Shown here: positions 1 to 8,385 of the stretch, one piece after another | Numbering within the stretch: the stretch's first letter is position 1 | Layout: the number at the start of each line of letters is the position of its first letter | NCBI GenBank assembly: GCA_043783275.1 | Contig: JAYVZP010000072.1 | Location: forward strand, 1,394 to 65,393 | DNA: 64,000 nucleotides | Direction of reading: 5' to 3' | From: Rhodanobacteraceae bacterium | GTDB lineage: Bacteria > Acidobacteriota > Terriglobia > Terriglobales > Acidobacteriaceae | Program-made: the position numbers and the translations under genes | Notes under the pieces: generated by a model | Database searches by the model: none | What the model was told of the DNA's origin: nothing | Seen by the model: the letters and a program-made list of their open reading frames with translations, nothing else

Positions 1-929
1 GCCTCCAGACTCCGTCTGCGTTCCTCGCTTTTGTCGGAGTCTGCCTCTACATGCACGACATAAAACTCCGCGTTTAAGCCATGCGAAAGTCGCGCTCCCC
101 GTGCGATCAAATCGCGCGCCCCGGGACTTGCGCTGATGCAGACGGCAACCTTTTCAGCGACAGACCAGTGCCCACCCAGATTCTTGCGCTTCACATAATC
201 GTCCAGCGTCTGGTCGACAGCGCGGGTGACCCGCTGCAATGCCATCTCTCGCAGAGCGATCAGATTTCCGCGTCGAAAGAAGTTTGCGAGTGAACGTTCC
301 ACTCGTTCCAGAGGATAAATATCGCCGCGCCGCATACGTGTGACCAGCGCCTCCGGGGTGAGATCGCTGATAACGATTTCGTCAGCCCGATTCAAAACCC
401 AATCGGGAACCGTCTCACGTACCGTGACACCGGTCAGGCTTTGCACCCTTGGCGTCAGGCTTTCGAGATGCTGGATGTTGATCGTCGAAATGACATCGAT
501 CCCCGCCTCTAGCAGCAAAAGAACGTCCTCGTAGCGCTTTACGTTGCGGCTGCCCTCAACATTGGTGTGTGCAAGTTCATCAACCAGTGCCACGCTCGGC
601 TTGCGCTCCAGAATGGCATCGACGTCCATCTCCGTAAAGATGGTGCCCTTGTAATCGATCTGGCGAGTAGGTAAGTGGTCCAGCTTGACCGCGAGTTCGG
701 CCGTCCCAACTCGTTTATGGGTCTCAACGACGCCAACCACCACGTCTTCGCCGCGACTCTTGCGTCGGATCCCTTCGCTCAACATGCTGAAGGTCTTGCC
801 GACTCCCGGCGCATAACCGAGGAAAATCTTCAGCCGCCCGCGCCGCACCTCCGGATCGTTATAAGCAAGCCACTCTTCCGGTGATTTCCGGCCTACTCGA
901 TCCGTCGGAATCTTCTGCTTACTCGCCAT
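1..929 (-). CDS. kdpD: KdpD-type osmosensor N-terminal (KdpD + Usp-like) domain protein; its C-terminal part lies beyond the left window edge
   Basis: Not in the ORF track because it runs off the edge. Reverse translation from ATG (929-927) gives MASKQKIPTDRVGRKSPEEWLAYNDPEVRRGRLKIFLGYAPGVGKTFSML..VVGVVETH..STINIQHLESL..VRETVPDWVL..GNLIALREMALQR..FYVVHVE. This is collinear with the E. coli KdpD N-terminal domain, including its P-loop. Confidence 0.85.
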   Translation of the reverse strand, partial: MASKQKIPTDRVGRKSPEEWLAYNDPEVRRGRLKIFLGYAPGVGKTFSMLSEGIRRKSRGEDVVVGVVETHKRVGTAELAVKLDHLPTRQIDYKGTIFTEMDVDAILERKPSVALVDELAHTNVEGSRNVKRYEDVLLLLEAGIDVISTINIQHLESLTPRVQSLTGVTVRETVPDWVLNRADEIVISDLTPEALVTRMRRGDIYPLERVERSLANFFRRGNLIALREMALQRVTRAVDQTLDDYVKRKNLGGHWSVAEKVAVCISASPGARDLIARGARLSHGLNAEFYVVHVEADSDKSEERRRSLE

Positions 930-946
930 AATCGTAGAATCTCAGT

Positions 947-2410
947 GTGAACTCTCAGCGCATCGTTTCGCTCGCTCGCTGGTCAATTGGCACGGTAGCT
1001 CTAGCCGGAATTGTAACCGTCTATCAGCGTTGGCTCCACGTCAACCCAACAACAGTAGCCCTTACCCTCCTGCTCTTTATCCTTGTCCTTGCGTCGAAGT
1101 GGGGACTCCGTTATGCCGTTGCGGCATCGATCGGCGCGACCGTTTGCTACAACTACTACTTCCTGCCGCCGGTCGGCACCTTTACCGTCGCTGACCCACA
1201 GAACTGGCTTGCCCTGCTTGCTTTTCTTGTCACGGCTGTCATCGCAAGCCGGCTCTCCGATCGTATTAGGGAAGAGGCTTTGCAGGCCCGCAGCCGCCAG
1301 GGCGAAGTTGAAGTCCTGTTTCAACTAAGCCGTGAATTGCTCCAGACGGACCAGGTGGCAGATCTCATCAACGCCGTTCCCGGCTCCATCGTTCGAGTTT
1401 CGGGCGCCTCTGCCGTTCTGCTCTTTCTTGCTGAAGGCCAGCGCGTCTATCGCTCAGGGATGACGAGCATCCCGTTTGTACCGGCTGAAGATTTGCTCGA
1501 GTTGATCGCTTTGCCGGCTCCGTCGCATCTTAAGGACGGCCTTCGTATCGCCATCCCGCTCCGTGCTGGAGTCAAGCCTCGCGGAGTTTTGATCCTTGAA
1601 GGAGTTCATCTTTCCGACGACACCTTCGATGCCATTGGCGGTCTCGTCTCTGTCGCAATCGACCGTGCCCAGGCTTTGGAAGAGTTGACGCGTGGCGAAG
1701 CCGCCAAGGAGAGCGACCGCCTTCGTGGGGTCATGCTGGATTCCATCACGCACGAACTGCGCACGCCTCTTACATCCATCAAGGCCGCCGTCACCACGTT
1801 GCTCTCGTCGGAGACCCTCAACAGCGACGATACGCACGAGTTACTCACCGTAATCAATGAAGAGAGCGACCGGCTCAATCATCTTGTCGGGCAGGCGGTC
1901 GAGATGGCTCGGCTCGATACCCGCGAGATCAACATGCGCATCTCGCCACAGACCGTCTCCAGCCTTCTGGACAGCATCCAGGCAGAGTGTTCCGGCTTTG
2001 TCTCCAACCGCGACCTTCGCATCCAGATTCCTGACGGATTGCCGTGTGTGCTGGCAGACCTCGTGTGGATCCGCAAGGTTCTCTGCAATCTCCTCGATAA
2101 CGCAGCGAAGTACTCGCCGGCGGAGCGGCCCATCAAGATCAGCCTGGAGCAGAAGGGGTCCGAAGTGGAAATAAGCGTCGCGGATCGCGGCATTGGTATC
2201 GACTCCATGGAACAGCCGATGATCTTCGACAAGTTTTATCGCAGCCAATCGCAGATTGAGCGCATTCCGGGCACGGGCATGGGCCTCGCCATTAGCCGTG
2301 CCATTTTGGAGGCGCACGGCGGAAAAATCTCCGTGACCAGCCAGCTTGGGCAAGGGTCCGTATTCACTTTTTCGCTTGCCGTCGCCGAGGATGAAGCTAC
2401 TCGCGGATAA
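947..2410 (+). CDS. Sensor histidine kinase of the KdpD C-terminal type (multi-TM DUF4118-like block, GAF-like linker, HisKA, HATPase_c)
   Basis: 487-aa ORF with a GTG start. Hydrophobic N-terminal helices (LLLFILVLASKWG, LALLAFLVTAVIASRL), H-box SITHELRTPLTSIKAA, N-box LLDNAAKYSP, G-boxes DRGIGI and GTGMGLAISRAI. Confidence 0.85.
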   Translation: MNSQRIVSLARWSIGTVALAGIVTVYQRWLHVNPTTVALTLLLFILVLASKWGLRYAVAASIGATVCYNYYFLPPVGTFTVADPQNWLALLAFLVTAVIASRLSDRIREEALQARSRQGEVEVLFQLSRELLQTDQVADLINAVPGSIVRVSGASAVLLFLAEGQRVYRSGMTSIPFVPAEDLLELIALPAPSHLKDGLRIAIPLRAGVKPRGVLILEGVHLSDDTFDAIGGLVSVAIDRAQALEELTRGEAAKESDRLRGVMLDSITHELRTPLTSIKAAVTTLLSSETLNSDDTHELLTVINEESDRLNHLVGQAVEMARLDTREINMRISPQTVSSLLDSIQAECSGFVSNRDLRIQIPDGLPCVLADLVWIRKVLCNLLDNAAKYSPAERPIKISLEQKGSEVEISVADRGIGIDSMEQPMIFDKFYRSQSQIERIPGTGMGLAISRAILEAHGGKISVTSQLGQGSVFTFSLAVAEDEATRG

Positions 2411-3041
2411 TCTTCACAAAGATGCCATCCGGCAGCGTCGCCCCACCCAGCAGGTGAACTGCACCATCTTTGGTGAAGCCGCGTAGCATCGTGGGCGTCT
2501 CTGTCGCGTTGCGAACCGGCGTCGAAGCCGGTCGAGACGAAGCTGCCTGTGAAGGCGCAGAGGCTGTAATCCTGGGCCGCAGCGGAAGGGAATCAACCGT
2601 TGTTGTGGCCGGCACTCGCTTCATCCCTCGATCCATTGCTTGATTCGCAAGCGCATCGGCTTCCTTGTTTTTATGCCGAAGCGCGTGCGAGATCTCAAAT
2701 TTTTCCAACTTTGCAATCCGGTTACGCGCCTCCTGCCATAGCGGTTTCAGGTCGGGTGAGTTCACCTTGTACTTGCCCTGGATCTGCTTGACCATCAGCT
2801 CGGAGTCGGAGACCAGCTTCACCCAAGGCCGATTGTTTGTAATAACCCAATCCAGCACGGCAAGCAGCCCGGAGTATTCCGCATAGTTGTTGGTTCGTAC
2901 GCCCAAAAATTCAGAAAGTTCGGCGATGGTCTGGCCCTTGTCGTCGGTAATGACGGCGCCGTAGCCGGATGGCCCGGGATTGCCACGGGAGCCGCCGTCG
3001 CAGTGGGCATGGACGTAAGGTGGATCGGGGAAGAGAGACAT
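2397..3041 (-). CDS. rnhA: Ribonuclease HI-type domain protein with a ~70-aa C-terminal extension
   Basis: 214-aa ORF with CDGGSRGNPGPSGYGAVI..NNYAEYSGLLAVL..SDSELMVKQIQGKYKV..HKNKEADALAN, the RNase H catalytic D/E/D/D context. An Ala/Ser/Pro linker is followed by a ~30-aa terminal segment. The 3' end overlaps the kinase 3' end by 14 nt (convergent). Confidence 0.85.
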   Translation of the reverse strand: MSLFPDPPYVHAHCDGGSRGNPGPSGYGAVITDDKGQTIAELSEFLGVRTNNYAEYSGLLAVLDWVITNNRPWVKLVSDSELMVKQIQGKYKVNSPDLKPLWQEARNRIAKLEKFEISHALRHKNKEADALANQAMDRGMKRVPATTTVDSLPLRPRITASAPSQAASSRPASTPVRNATETPTMLRGFTKDGAVHLLGGATLPDGIFVKIIRE

Positions 3042-3162
3042 GATCTGAGTTTATTCGGTCTGCAGACAATCTTCGGCTCACCTTTGCACGCATGGTTACC
3101 TTTTTTGCCCAACACGGTCTATCTCTTAAGGTCTGATCTCTGTCTCCGGAGTCCGAAAACTT

Positions 3163-3933
3163 ATGGCAGCAAACACGTTGGCTTTGGGTATGCAGGGAGA
3201 GTTGTCGCCGGTCATGGCCGCACTGAGCCGTCCGGGTCTGGGGTCGCTGGCAGGCGTAGACTCATCTGCAGTGGCCAAGGCAGTGACACATTCGGGAACC
3301 CGCAATGGCGGCAAGCTGACGCAGGCGCAGATGGACGCGCGCGCCCAGCAGCGGGTAGAAGACGACGAACTGATCCGGCAGGCCCAGCGCGGCGAACGCA
3401 GGTCGTTCGATGCCCTGGTGAGACGCTATGACCAAAGCGTGCTCCGCCTCGCGCTCCACATGCTTGGAAACGAGCAGGACGCGCAGGACGTGCACCAGGA
3501 TGCGTTCGTCAAGGCTTATCGCCATCTGGGTAACTTCCGTTTCGAATGCTCGTTCTACACCTGGCTCTATCGCATTGTTACCAACTTGTGTCTGGACCAG
3601 TTGCGTCGGCGCAAGTCGCGGAGGGAAGACCCCGCAACCGTGCTTGACTCCAGCGGTGACGAGATGGACCTGATGGCGAACATCACCGACACCCGCGCCA
3701 TGGCGAACCCTGGTCGTGAACTCGACCGCAAGGTGATGGGCGAACAGATTGCGGCGGCGCTGGACAAGTTGACGCCCCGCGAACGCACGGTATTCGAGCT
3801 CAAGCATTACCAGGGGCTCAAACTCAGAACGATTGGTGAGATGTTGAGCACTACGGAAGAGACCGCAAAAAATACCCTTTTCCGCGCAACACGCAAGCTT
3901 CGGATGAATCTCGCCGACTTGAAAGGTCTTTAG
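3163..3933 (+). CDS. ECF (sigma-70 family, group 4) RNA polymerase sigma factor
   Basis: Region 2 is DAQDVHQDAFVKAYRHLGNFRFECSFYTWLYRIVTNLCLDQLRRR. Region 4 is LTPRERTVFELKHYQGLKLRTIGEMLSTTEETAKNTLFRATRKLR. The true start may be the internal ATG at 3331 (MDARAQQ..), which gives a typical ~200 aa. Confidence 0.85.
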   Translation: MAANTLALGMQGELSPVMAALSRPGLGSLAGVDSSAVAKAVTHSGTRNGGKLTQAQMDARAQQRVEDDELIRQAQRGERRSFDALVRRYDQSVLRLALHMLGNEQDAQDVHQDAFVKAYRHLGNFRFECSFYTWLYRIVTNLCLDQLRRRKSRREDPATVLDSSGDEMDLMANITDTRAMANPGRELDRKVMGEQIAAALDKLTPRERTVFELKHYQGLKLRTIGEMLSTTEETAKNTLFRATRKLRMNLADLKGL

Positions 3934-4041
3934 CAGGAAGAAGCGTCAAGTCAGAGAAAGTTGTGTTCTGCAGGGCTTACCGGGCAAAGACCTGGAAGAG
4001 GCGTAAATACCAAAATTATGAGGCTGGACGAGGCGAAAGCA

Positions 4042-5001
4042 ATGAACTGTGATGGTGCAAGAGATGGAATCATCCTGGCGGCTTATGGAGAGCTTCCGGA
4101 CGAAGAAGCAGCGGGACTGGAGCAGCACCTTTCGACATGTGAGGGCTGTTTCGATGAATTCAAACACATGCGCACGCTCGATGGTGCGATGGCTGCAAAC
4201 CCGGTGCTCGAGCCCAACCCCAACCTTTTGGCCCAGAGCCGCATGCGCCTCGATGAAGCGCTCGACGCGATTCCCCGACATGGTTTTCTGTCCCGTCTTC
4301 GATTCAACACTGCGGCCTGGCTGGGGCACCTCCAAAGCGCACCCGCACTCGCCACGTTGCTTGTAGGTGTCGGCTTTCTTGGGGGTAACTTTACCTATCG
4401 CTACCAGATTGCGCACCAGCCCAAACCCGCCCCTACGGTCATCCTTTCGAACGCCACGGGTGGCGGAGTCTCCGCTGTCTCCAGCATCTTGCCGCTCCCT
4501 GGAGATATGGTCCAGGTCAGCTATGATCGCGTCGTTCCGGAGATGGCGCAGGGCTCGCTGGACGATCCACAGATTCGCCAACTCCTGATGGTTGGCATGC
4601 GCTCCGGCGGATCGAACTCCGTGCGTGTCGATTCCGTCGCGCTGCTCGCGAACGAGTGCAGAGTCGGACACGGATGCAAGCTGGAAGCCGATGGCACGGG
4701 CATCCGCGCCGCCCTTCTGACCAGCCTGCGGACCGACAAGAATCCTGGCGTGCGGCTGAAGGTGCTGGAAGGTCTGCAGCCTTACGTCAGCCAGGATGAA
4801 CACGTTCGCGATGCCGTCGCACAGGCTCTGCTGAACGACGCCAGCCCTCTGGTCCGGACCAAAGCAATCGCCATGCTGGAGCCGGTGCAATCCGACACCA
4901 GCGTGCGCCAGGTTCTGCGTACCGTGTCGACCACGGATAACAATCCCTACATTCGGACAGTCAGTACACAAGCGCTTGAAGGTTCATCCTCAATCCAGTA
5001 G
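4042..5001 (+). CDS. Anti-sigma factor (zf-HC2 N-terminus, one TM helix, HEAT-like repeat C-terminal domain)
   Basis: MNCDGARDGIILAAYGELPDEEAAGLEQHLSTCEGCFDEF is a classical zf-HC2 anti-sigma N-terminus. TM helix: APALATLLVGVGFLGGNF. The C-terminus has HEAT-like repeats (NPGVRLKVLEGL.., ASPLVRTKAIAML.., NNPYIRTVSTQAL). Position directly after the ECF sigma gene. The ORF track starts earlier, at 3961. Confidence 0.7.
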   Translation: MNCDGARDGIILAAYGELPDEEAAGLEQHLSTCEGCFDEFKHMRTLDGAMAANPVLEPNPNLLAQSRMRLDEALDAIPRHGFLSRLRFNTAAWLGHLQSAPALATLLVGVGFLGGNFTYRYQIAHQPKPAPTVILSNATGGGVSAVSSILPLPGDMVQVSYDRVVPEMAQGSLDDPQIRQLLMVGMRSGGSNSVRVDSVALLANECRVGHGCKLEADGTGIRAALLTSLRTDKNPGVRLKVLEGLQPYVSQDEHVRDAVAQALLNDASPLVRTKAIAMLEPVQSDTSVRQVLRTVSTTDNNPYIRTVSTQALEGSSSIQ

Positions 5002-5038
5002 CCGTTTCCTGCGCACAGTACATGAGGTTCCTGCGGTG

Positions 5039-5977
5039 ATGAATATGCAGTATGGGTATGGGCTGGTCTTGTTGTCGCTCTCGCTCGGACTCAGCCATAG
5101 AGCACATGCGGTGCACGTCTCCCTCGGCCCTGGCCAGCACGGTAACGTAGCGCATGCTGCCCAGGGCTACCTGGGGATCGACGTCCGCGACATTCCAGAG
5201 GAGCACCTTGCTTTACTCCACCTCCGCGAGGCTCGGGGCGCCGAAATTATCCGCGTCGACCACGACGGGCCCGCCGGCAAGATGGGCCTCCGCGAGCGGG
5301 ACGTCGTCGTCCAGATGAACGGCATCAGCATCGACGGCGAAGAACAAATGCGTCGCCTCCTCCGCGAATCCGCACCCGGTCGGACAGTCATGCTCGTGAT
5401 CAGCCGCGACGGCCAGCAGATGACCCTTACAGCCCAGATGGCGGACCGCAGCCAGGTGGAGAAGGAGGCCTGGGAGCAGCACCTCGTCTCCCCGGCTGGC
5501 CCGCAGGCGCCCTCCACTGGCTTGCCTTCCGAGGAGTCTTTTGCTTCCACCGGTACCCCCTCAGCAGCGGCTCCTACCTCGCGTTACGGTAAAAGCTTCA
5601 TTGGCACTCTCCTTATGAGCCCGTCCTACACCGGTGCGATGATGGAGGTGATGGGACCACAACTGGCCCAGTTCTTTGGCGTCGAAGGCAGAACCGGCTT
5701 GCTGGTCCGAAGCGTCGAGAACAATAGCCCGGCAGCCCGGGCAGGCATGAAGGCGGGCGATGTTGTGGTACACGCCAACACTCGCACCGTCGCCACCATG
5801 AGCGATTGGGCCAAGACCCTTCGCGAAGCCAAGGGCCGTCCGGTATCAGTTATCGTCCTCCGCGACAAGCAGGAGAAGACCCTCACTTTAACGCCTGACG
5901 GCAAAAAGCGGTCCGAGCTGGAACTTCCACTTGAGCCAGCTCCAACCATTCGTCTCGCGTCTCTGACCGAGCTGTAA
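5039..5977 (+). CDS. Secreted protein with two PDZ domains and no protease domain
   Basis: Signal-like N-terminus MNMQYGYGLVLLSLSLGLSHRAHA. PDZ 1: GYLGIDVRDI..GAEIIRVDHDGPAGKMGLRERDVVVQMNG. PDZ 2: GLLVRSVENNSPAARAGMKAGDVVVHANTRTV. Confidence 0.75.
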   Translation: MNMQYGYGLVLLSLSLGLSHRAHAVHVSLGPGQHGNVAHAAQGYLGIDVRDIPEEHLALLHLREARGAEIIRVDHDGPAGKMGLRERDVVVQMNGISIDGEEQMRRLLRESAPGRTVMLVISRDGQQMTLTAQMADRSQVEKEAWEQHLVSPAGPQAPSTGLPSEESFASTGTPSAAAPTSRYGKSFIGTLLMSPSYTGAMMEVMGPQLAQFFGVEGRTGLLVRSVENNSPAARAGMKAGDVVVHANTRTVATMSDWAKTLREAKGRPVSVIVLRDKQEKTLTLTPDGKKRSELELPLEPAPTIRLASLTEL

Positions 5978-6002
5978 CCGCCGCATTTATACTTGGGACA
6001 CC

Positions 6003-7058
6003 ATGGCTGAAGTAAAGAGTACGGCGCCTGTGCGTCGAAAGATGACCTCGGGGCGACGCATCAAGTCCATCACTCGGAAGATACGCGAGCTGGCCTCTAT
6101 CGGATCCGCCCTTGCCTCGACGGGCCACCCCTACATGGCGCACATCGTGCCGATGCGCCGTTGCAACCTTGCCTGCACTTACTGCAATGAGTTCGATGAC
6201 CACTCTGACGCCGTTCCTATTGAAGAGATGGAGCGCCGCATCGACGAGCTTGGACGGCTTGGCACGTCTGTTATCACTATCTCCGGCGGCGAGCCGCTGC
6301 TCCATCCGGACCTTGACCGCGTCATCGCGCGCATCCGCAAGACCGGCGCGATTGCCGGCATGATCACCAACGGGTATCTGCTGATGCCCGACCGCATCGA
6401 GCGCCTGAACCGCGCCGGCCTCGACCACATGCAGATTTCGATCGACAACGTCATGCCGGATGACGTTTCGAAGAAAAGCCTCAAAGTCCTCGATGCGAAG
6501 CTTAAGATGCTGGCAGAGCATGCAGACTTCCATGTCAACATCAACTCCGTCGTCGGTGGTGGCGTAGCCAATCCCGGAGATGCGCTGACGGTCAGCGAGC
6601 GGGCCCTGGGTCTGGGATTCTCCTCGACCATCGGCATCATCCACGACGGCTCGGGCCAGCTCAAGCCCCTCGGCGAAGCCGAACGCACTGTGTGGGACAA
6701 GGTTCGTAAGCTCACGCGCCGCAGCTACTCGCGCTTCAATCACTTCCAGGAAGCCATAGCCAACGGCCAGCCGAACAACTGGCGCTGCCGGGCCGGTGCC
6801 CGCTATATCTATATCTGCGAGCTTGGGCTGGTCCACTACTGCTCCCAGCAGCGCGGCTACCCGGGCGTTCCGCTCGCCGAATACAAGACCGCCGACGTCA
6901 AGCGCGAATTCCTCACCGAAAAAAGCTGCGCTCCCAACTGCACTATCAGCTGCGTCCACCAGGTAAGCTACATTGACCACTGGCGCGCACCGCAGAGGGC
7001 CCAATTCACACCACCCGGCGCCAAGCATGAGTCGCCAGAACTCGTGCAGATACGCTAA
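6003..7058 (+). CDS. Radical SAM enzyme with a Cys-rich C-terminal region
   Basis: CNLACTYCNE (CxxxCxxC), ITISGGEPLLHPD (GGE motif), MITNGYLL. C-terminal cysteines: WRCRAGARYIYIC..HYC..SCAPNCTISCVH, possibly an auxiliary Fe-S (twitch/SPASM-like) site. Confidence 0.85.
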   Translation: MAEVKSTAPVRRKMTSGRRIKSITRKIRELASIGSALASTGHPYMAHIVPMRRCNLACTYCNEFDDHSDAVPIEEMERRIDELGRLGTSVITISGGEPLLHPDLDRVIARIRKTGAIAGMITNGYLLMPDRIERLNRAGLDHMQISIDNVMPDDVSKKSLKVLDAKLKMLAEHADFHVNINSVVGGGVANPGDALTVSERALGLGFSSTIGIIHDGSGQLKPLGEAERTVWDKVRKLTRRSYSRFNHFQEAIANGQPNNWRCRAGARYIYICELGLVHYCSQQRGYPGVPLAEYKTADVKREFLTEKSCAPNCTISCVHQVSYIDHWRAPQRAQFTPPGAKHESPELVQIR

Positions 7059-7094
7059 CGATCATCCTTGCATCTAATCCGAAAGGTGATCACG

Positions 7095-7604
7095 ATGCGT
7101 GGAATTCGAGCAGCTTATTGGCTTATGGCAGCAGGATTGTCGCTTGGTGCAGCTCTTTCATCCGCTCAGACAACAACAAACCCCCAGCCGACCGCGGCAA
7201 CATCCACCAAAAAAGCGAAAACGCACCACAAGCGCGCCACGAGTCGAACCCAGGTCGTGCGAATGGAAAGCGCTCCAGCCGACTCCAGCAGCCCCGCCCC
7301 GGTCACTCAGGATGAGCAACAGCGCGCCGCAGATCAAAGTCTTCTCCAACGGCAACAAGCCCAGTCCGCAAACGCCCAAAAGGTAAACGATCAACAGGTT
7401 CAGGCGGCCCAGAAGCAGTTTGACAAGGCTCAGCGTGAGCAACGTATTCAGGACGCCCCTGGCCCGGCGCAGACAGGCGTTGTCCCTTCATCCGGTGTTC
7501 CCACAACTCAGACCAATCCCGAGCAAAGAATTCAGGATGCTCCGGGCCCTGCCGAGACATTGCCGCAGCCTCGGCCCATGGCGCCGTCTCCTCCTCAAAA
7601 CTGA
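7095..7604 (+). CDS. Secreted Gln/Pro/Ala-rich low-complexity protein with a duplicated EQRIQDAPGPA(Q/E)T motif
   Basis: Signal peptide MRGIRAAYWLMAAGLSLGAALSSAQ. The rest looks compositionally biased and disordered. Last gene before a strong terminator. The ORF track starts at 7068. Confidence 0.55.
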   Translation: MRGIRAAYWLMAAGLSLGAALSSAQTTTNPQPTAATSTKKAKTHHKRATSRTQVVRMESAPADSSSPAPVTQDEQQRAADQSLLQRQQAQSANAQKVNDQQVQAAQKQFDKAQREQRIQDAPGPAQTGVVPSSGVPTTQTNPEQRIQDAPGPAETLPQPRPMAPSPPQN

Positions 7605-7643
7605 GTTGCTCTAATGCATCGCAGGATGCCGCACGGGGACGAT

Positions 7644-7673
7644 AAAAGCCCGCCTCCTGAAGGCGGGCTTTTA
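7644..7673. terminator. Bidirectional rho-independent terminator between convergent genes
   Basis: aaaAGCCCGCCtcctgaaGGCGGGCTttta: 8-bp GC stem, 7-nt loop, A-run upstream and T-run downstream. Confidence 0.75.
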
Positions 7674-7689
7674 TCGTCTGACGGTGAAG

Positions 7690-8385
7690 TTATGCCTCTG
7701 CAGCAGGGGTTAGATCAGCGGGATTCGACGATGGATTGCTTTCCGCTGGGGCGGCCGTGGTTTGCACAGATGCTGCAACCTGCGGTGCTGGGCTTACCGC
7801 ACTCGGCGGTGCGGGCTTTTTTACAGCCGGGGGCTGCTGGATCTCAGCTTTCTTGGATGGTGCCAGAATCGCATGCAACGTCGTGCCTTCCATGCGGGGC
7901 ATAAATTCAACCAGCCCGGAGTCGCCAATGTCCAGAATCAGACGATTGATGATCTTGTAGCCAAGGTCGCGGTGAGCCATCTGGCGTCCTTTGAAGCGTA
8001 GGGAAGCCTTGACCTTGTCGCCATCGCCGAGAAAGCGCACAGCCATATTCTTTTTTGTTTGGTAGTCGTGCTCGTCCACGGTTACGGAGAACTTGACTTC
8101 CTTGATTACGATAACCTTCTGCTTCTTGCGCGCAGCGCGGTCTGACTTATCTTTTTCGTACAGGTATTTGCCGTAATCCTGAATCTTGCAGACCGGCGGC
8201 ACGGCATTCGGAGAGATCTCAACGAGGTCCAGTGTCTTCTCGCGGGCCATCTTCAGGGCTTCGAATGGGGCCATTACGCCCAGCTGCTCGCCATTCTCGT
8301 CAATGACACGGACTTCGCGAGCGCGAATACGCTCATTGGTGCGGATAAAGGATTTCGCGGAACGCTTATCAATCGGTGGAATAAT
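7690..8385 (-). CDS. infC: Translation initiation factor IF-3, probably with an AUU start, and a ~50-aa Ala/Pro-rich C-terminal tail
   Basis: IRTNERIRAREVRVIDENGEQLGVM..LDLVEISPNAVPPVCKIQDYGKYLYE..KEVKFSVTVDEHDYQTK..FKGRQMAHRDLG. GGAGG (8393-8389) lies 3-6 nt upstream of tandem ATT codons at 8385 and 8382. The ORF track uses the ATG at 8424. Confidence 0.9.
   Translation of the reverse strand: MIPPIDKRSAKSFIRTNERIRAREVRVIDENGEQLGVMAPFEALKMAREKTLDLVEISPNAVPPVCKIQDYGKYLYEKDKSDRAARKKQKVIVIKEVKFSVTVDEHDYQTKKNMAVRFLGDGDKVKASLRFKGRQMAHRDLGYKIINRLILDIGDSGLVEFMPRMEGTTLHAILAPSKKAEIQQPPAVKKPAPPSAVSPAPQVAASVQTTAAPAESNPSSNPADLTPAAEA

Noticed and set aside
5883-7028. Long antisense ORFs opposite well-supported genes. 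Examples: 5883-7028(-) vs the radical SAM gene; 3946-4971(-) vs the anti-sigma gene; 21879-22982(+) vs asnS; 25780-26724(+) vs ggt; 14098-15036(-) vs the AKR gene; 46754-47725(+) vs the amidohydrolase; 51232-52809(-) vs GH78; 58873-60003(+) vs nadB; 63118-63984(-) vs coaBC.
   Set aside because: High-GC genomes generate long stop-free antisense frames. Their translations are Arg/Gly/Ala/His-rich nonsense with no motifs, while the opposite strand carries unmistakable family signatures.
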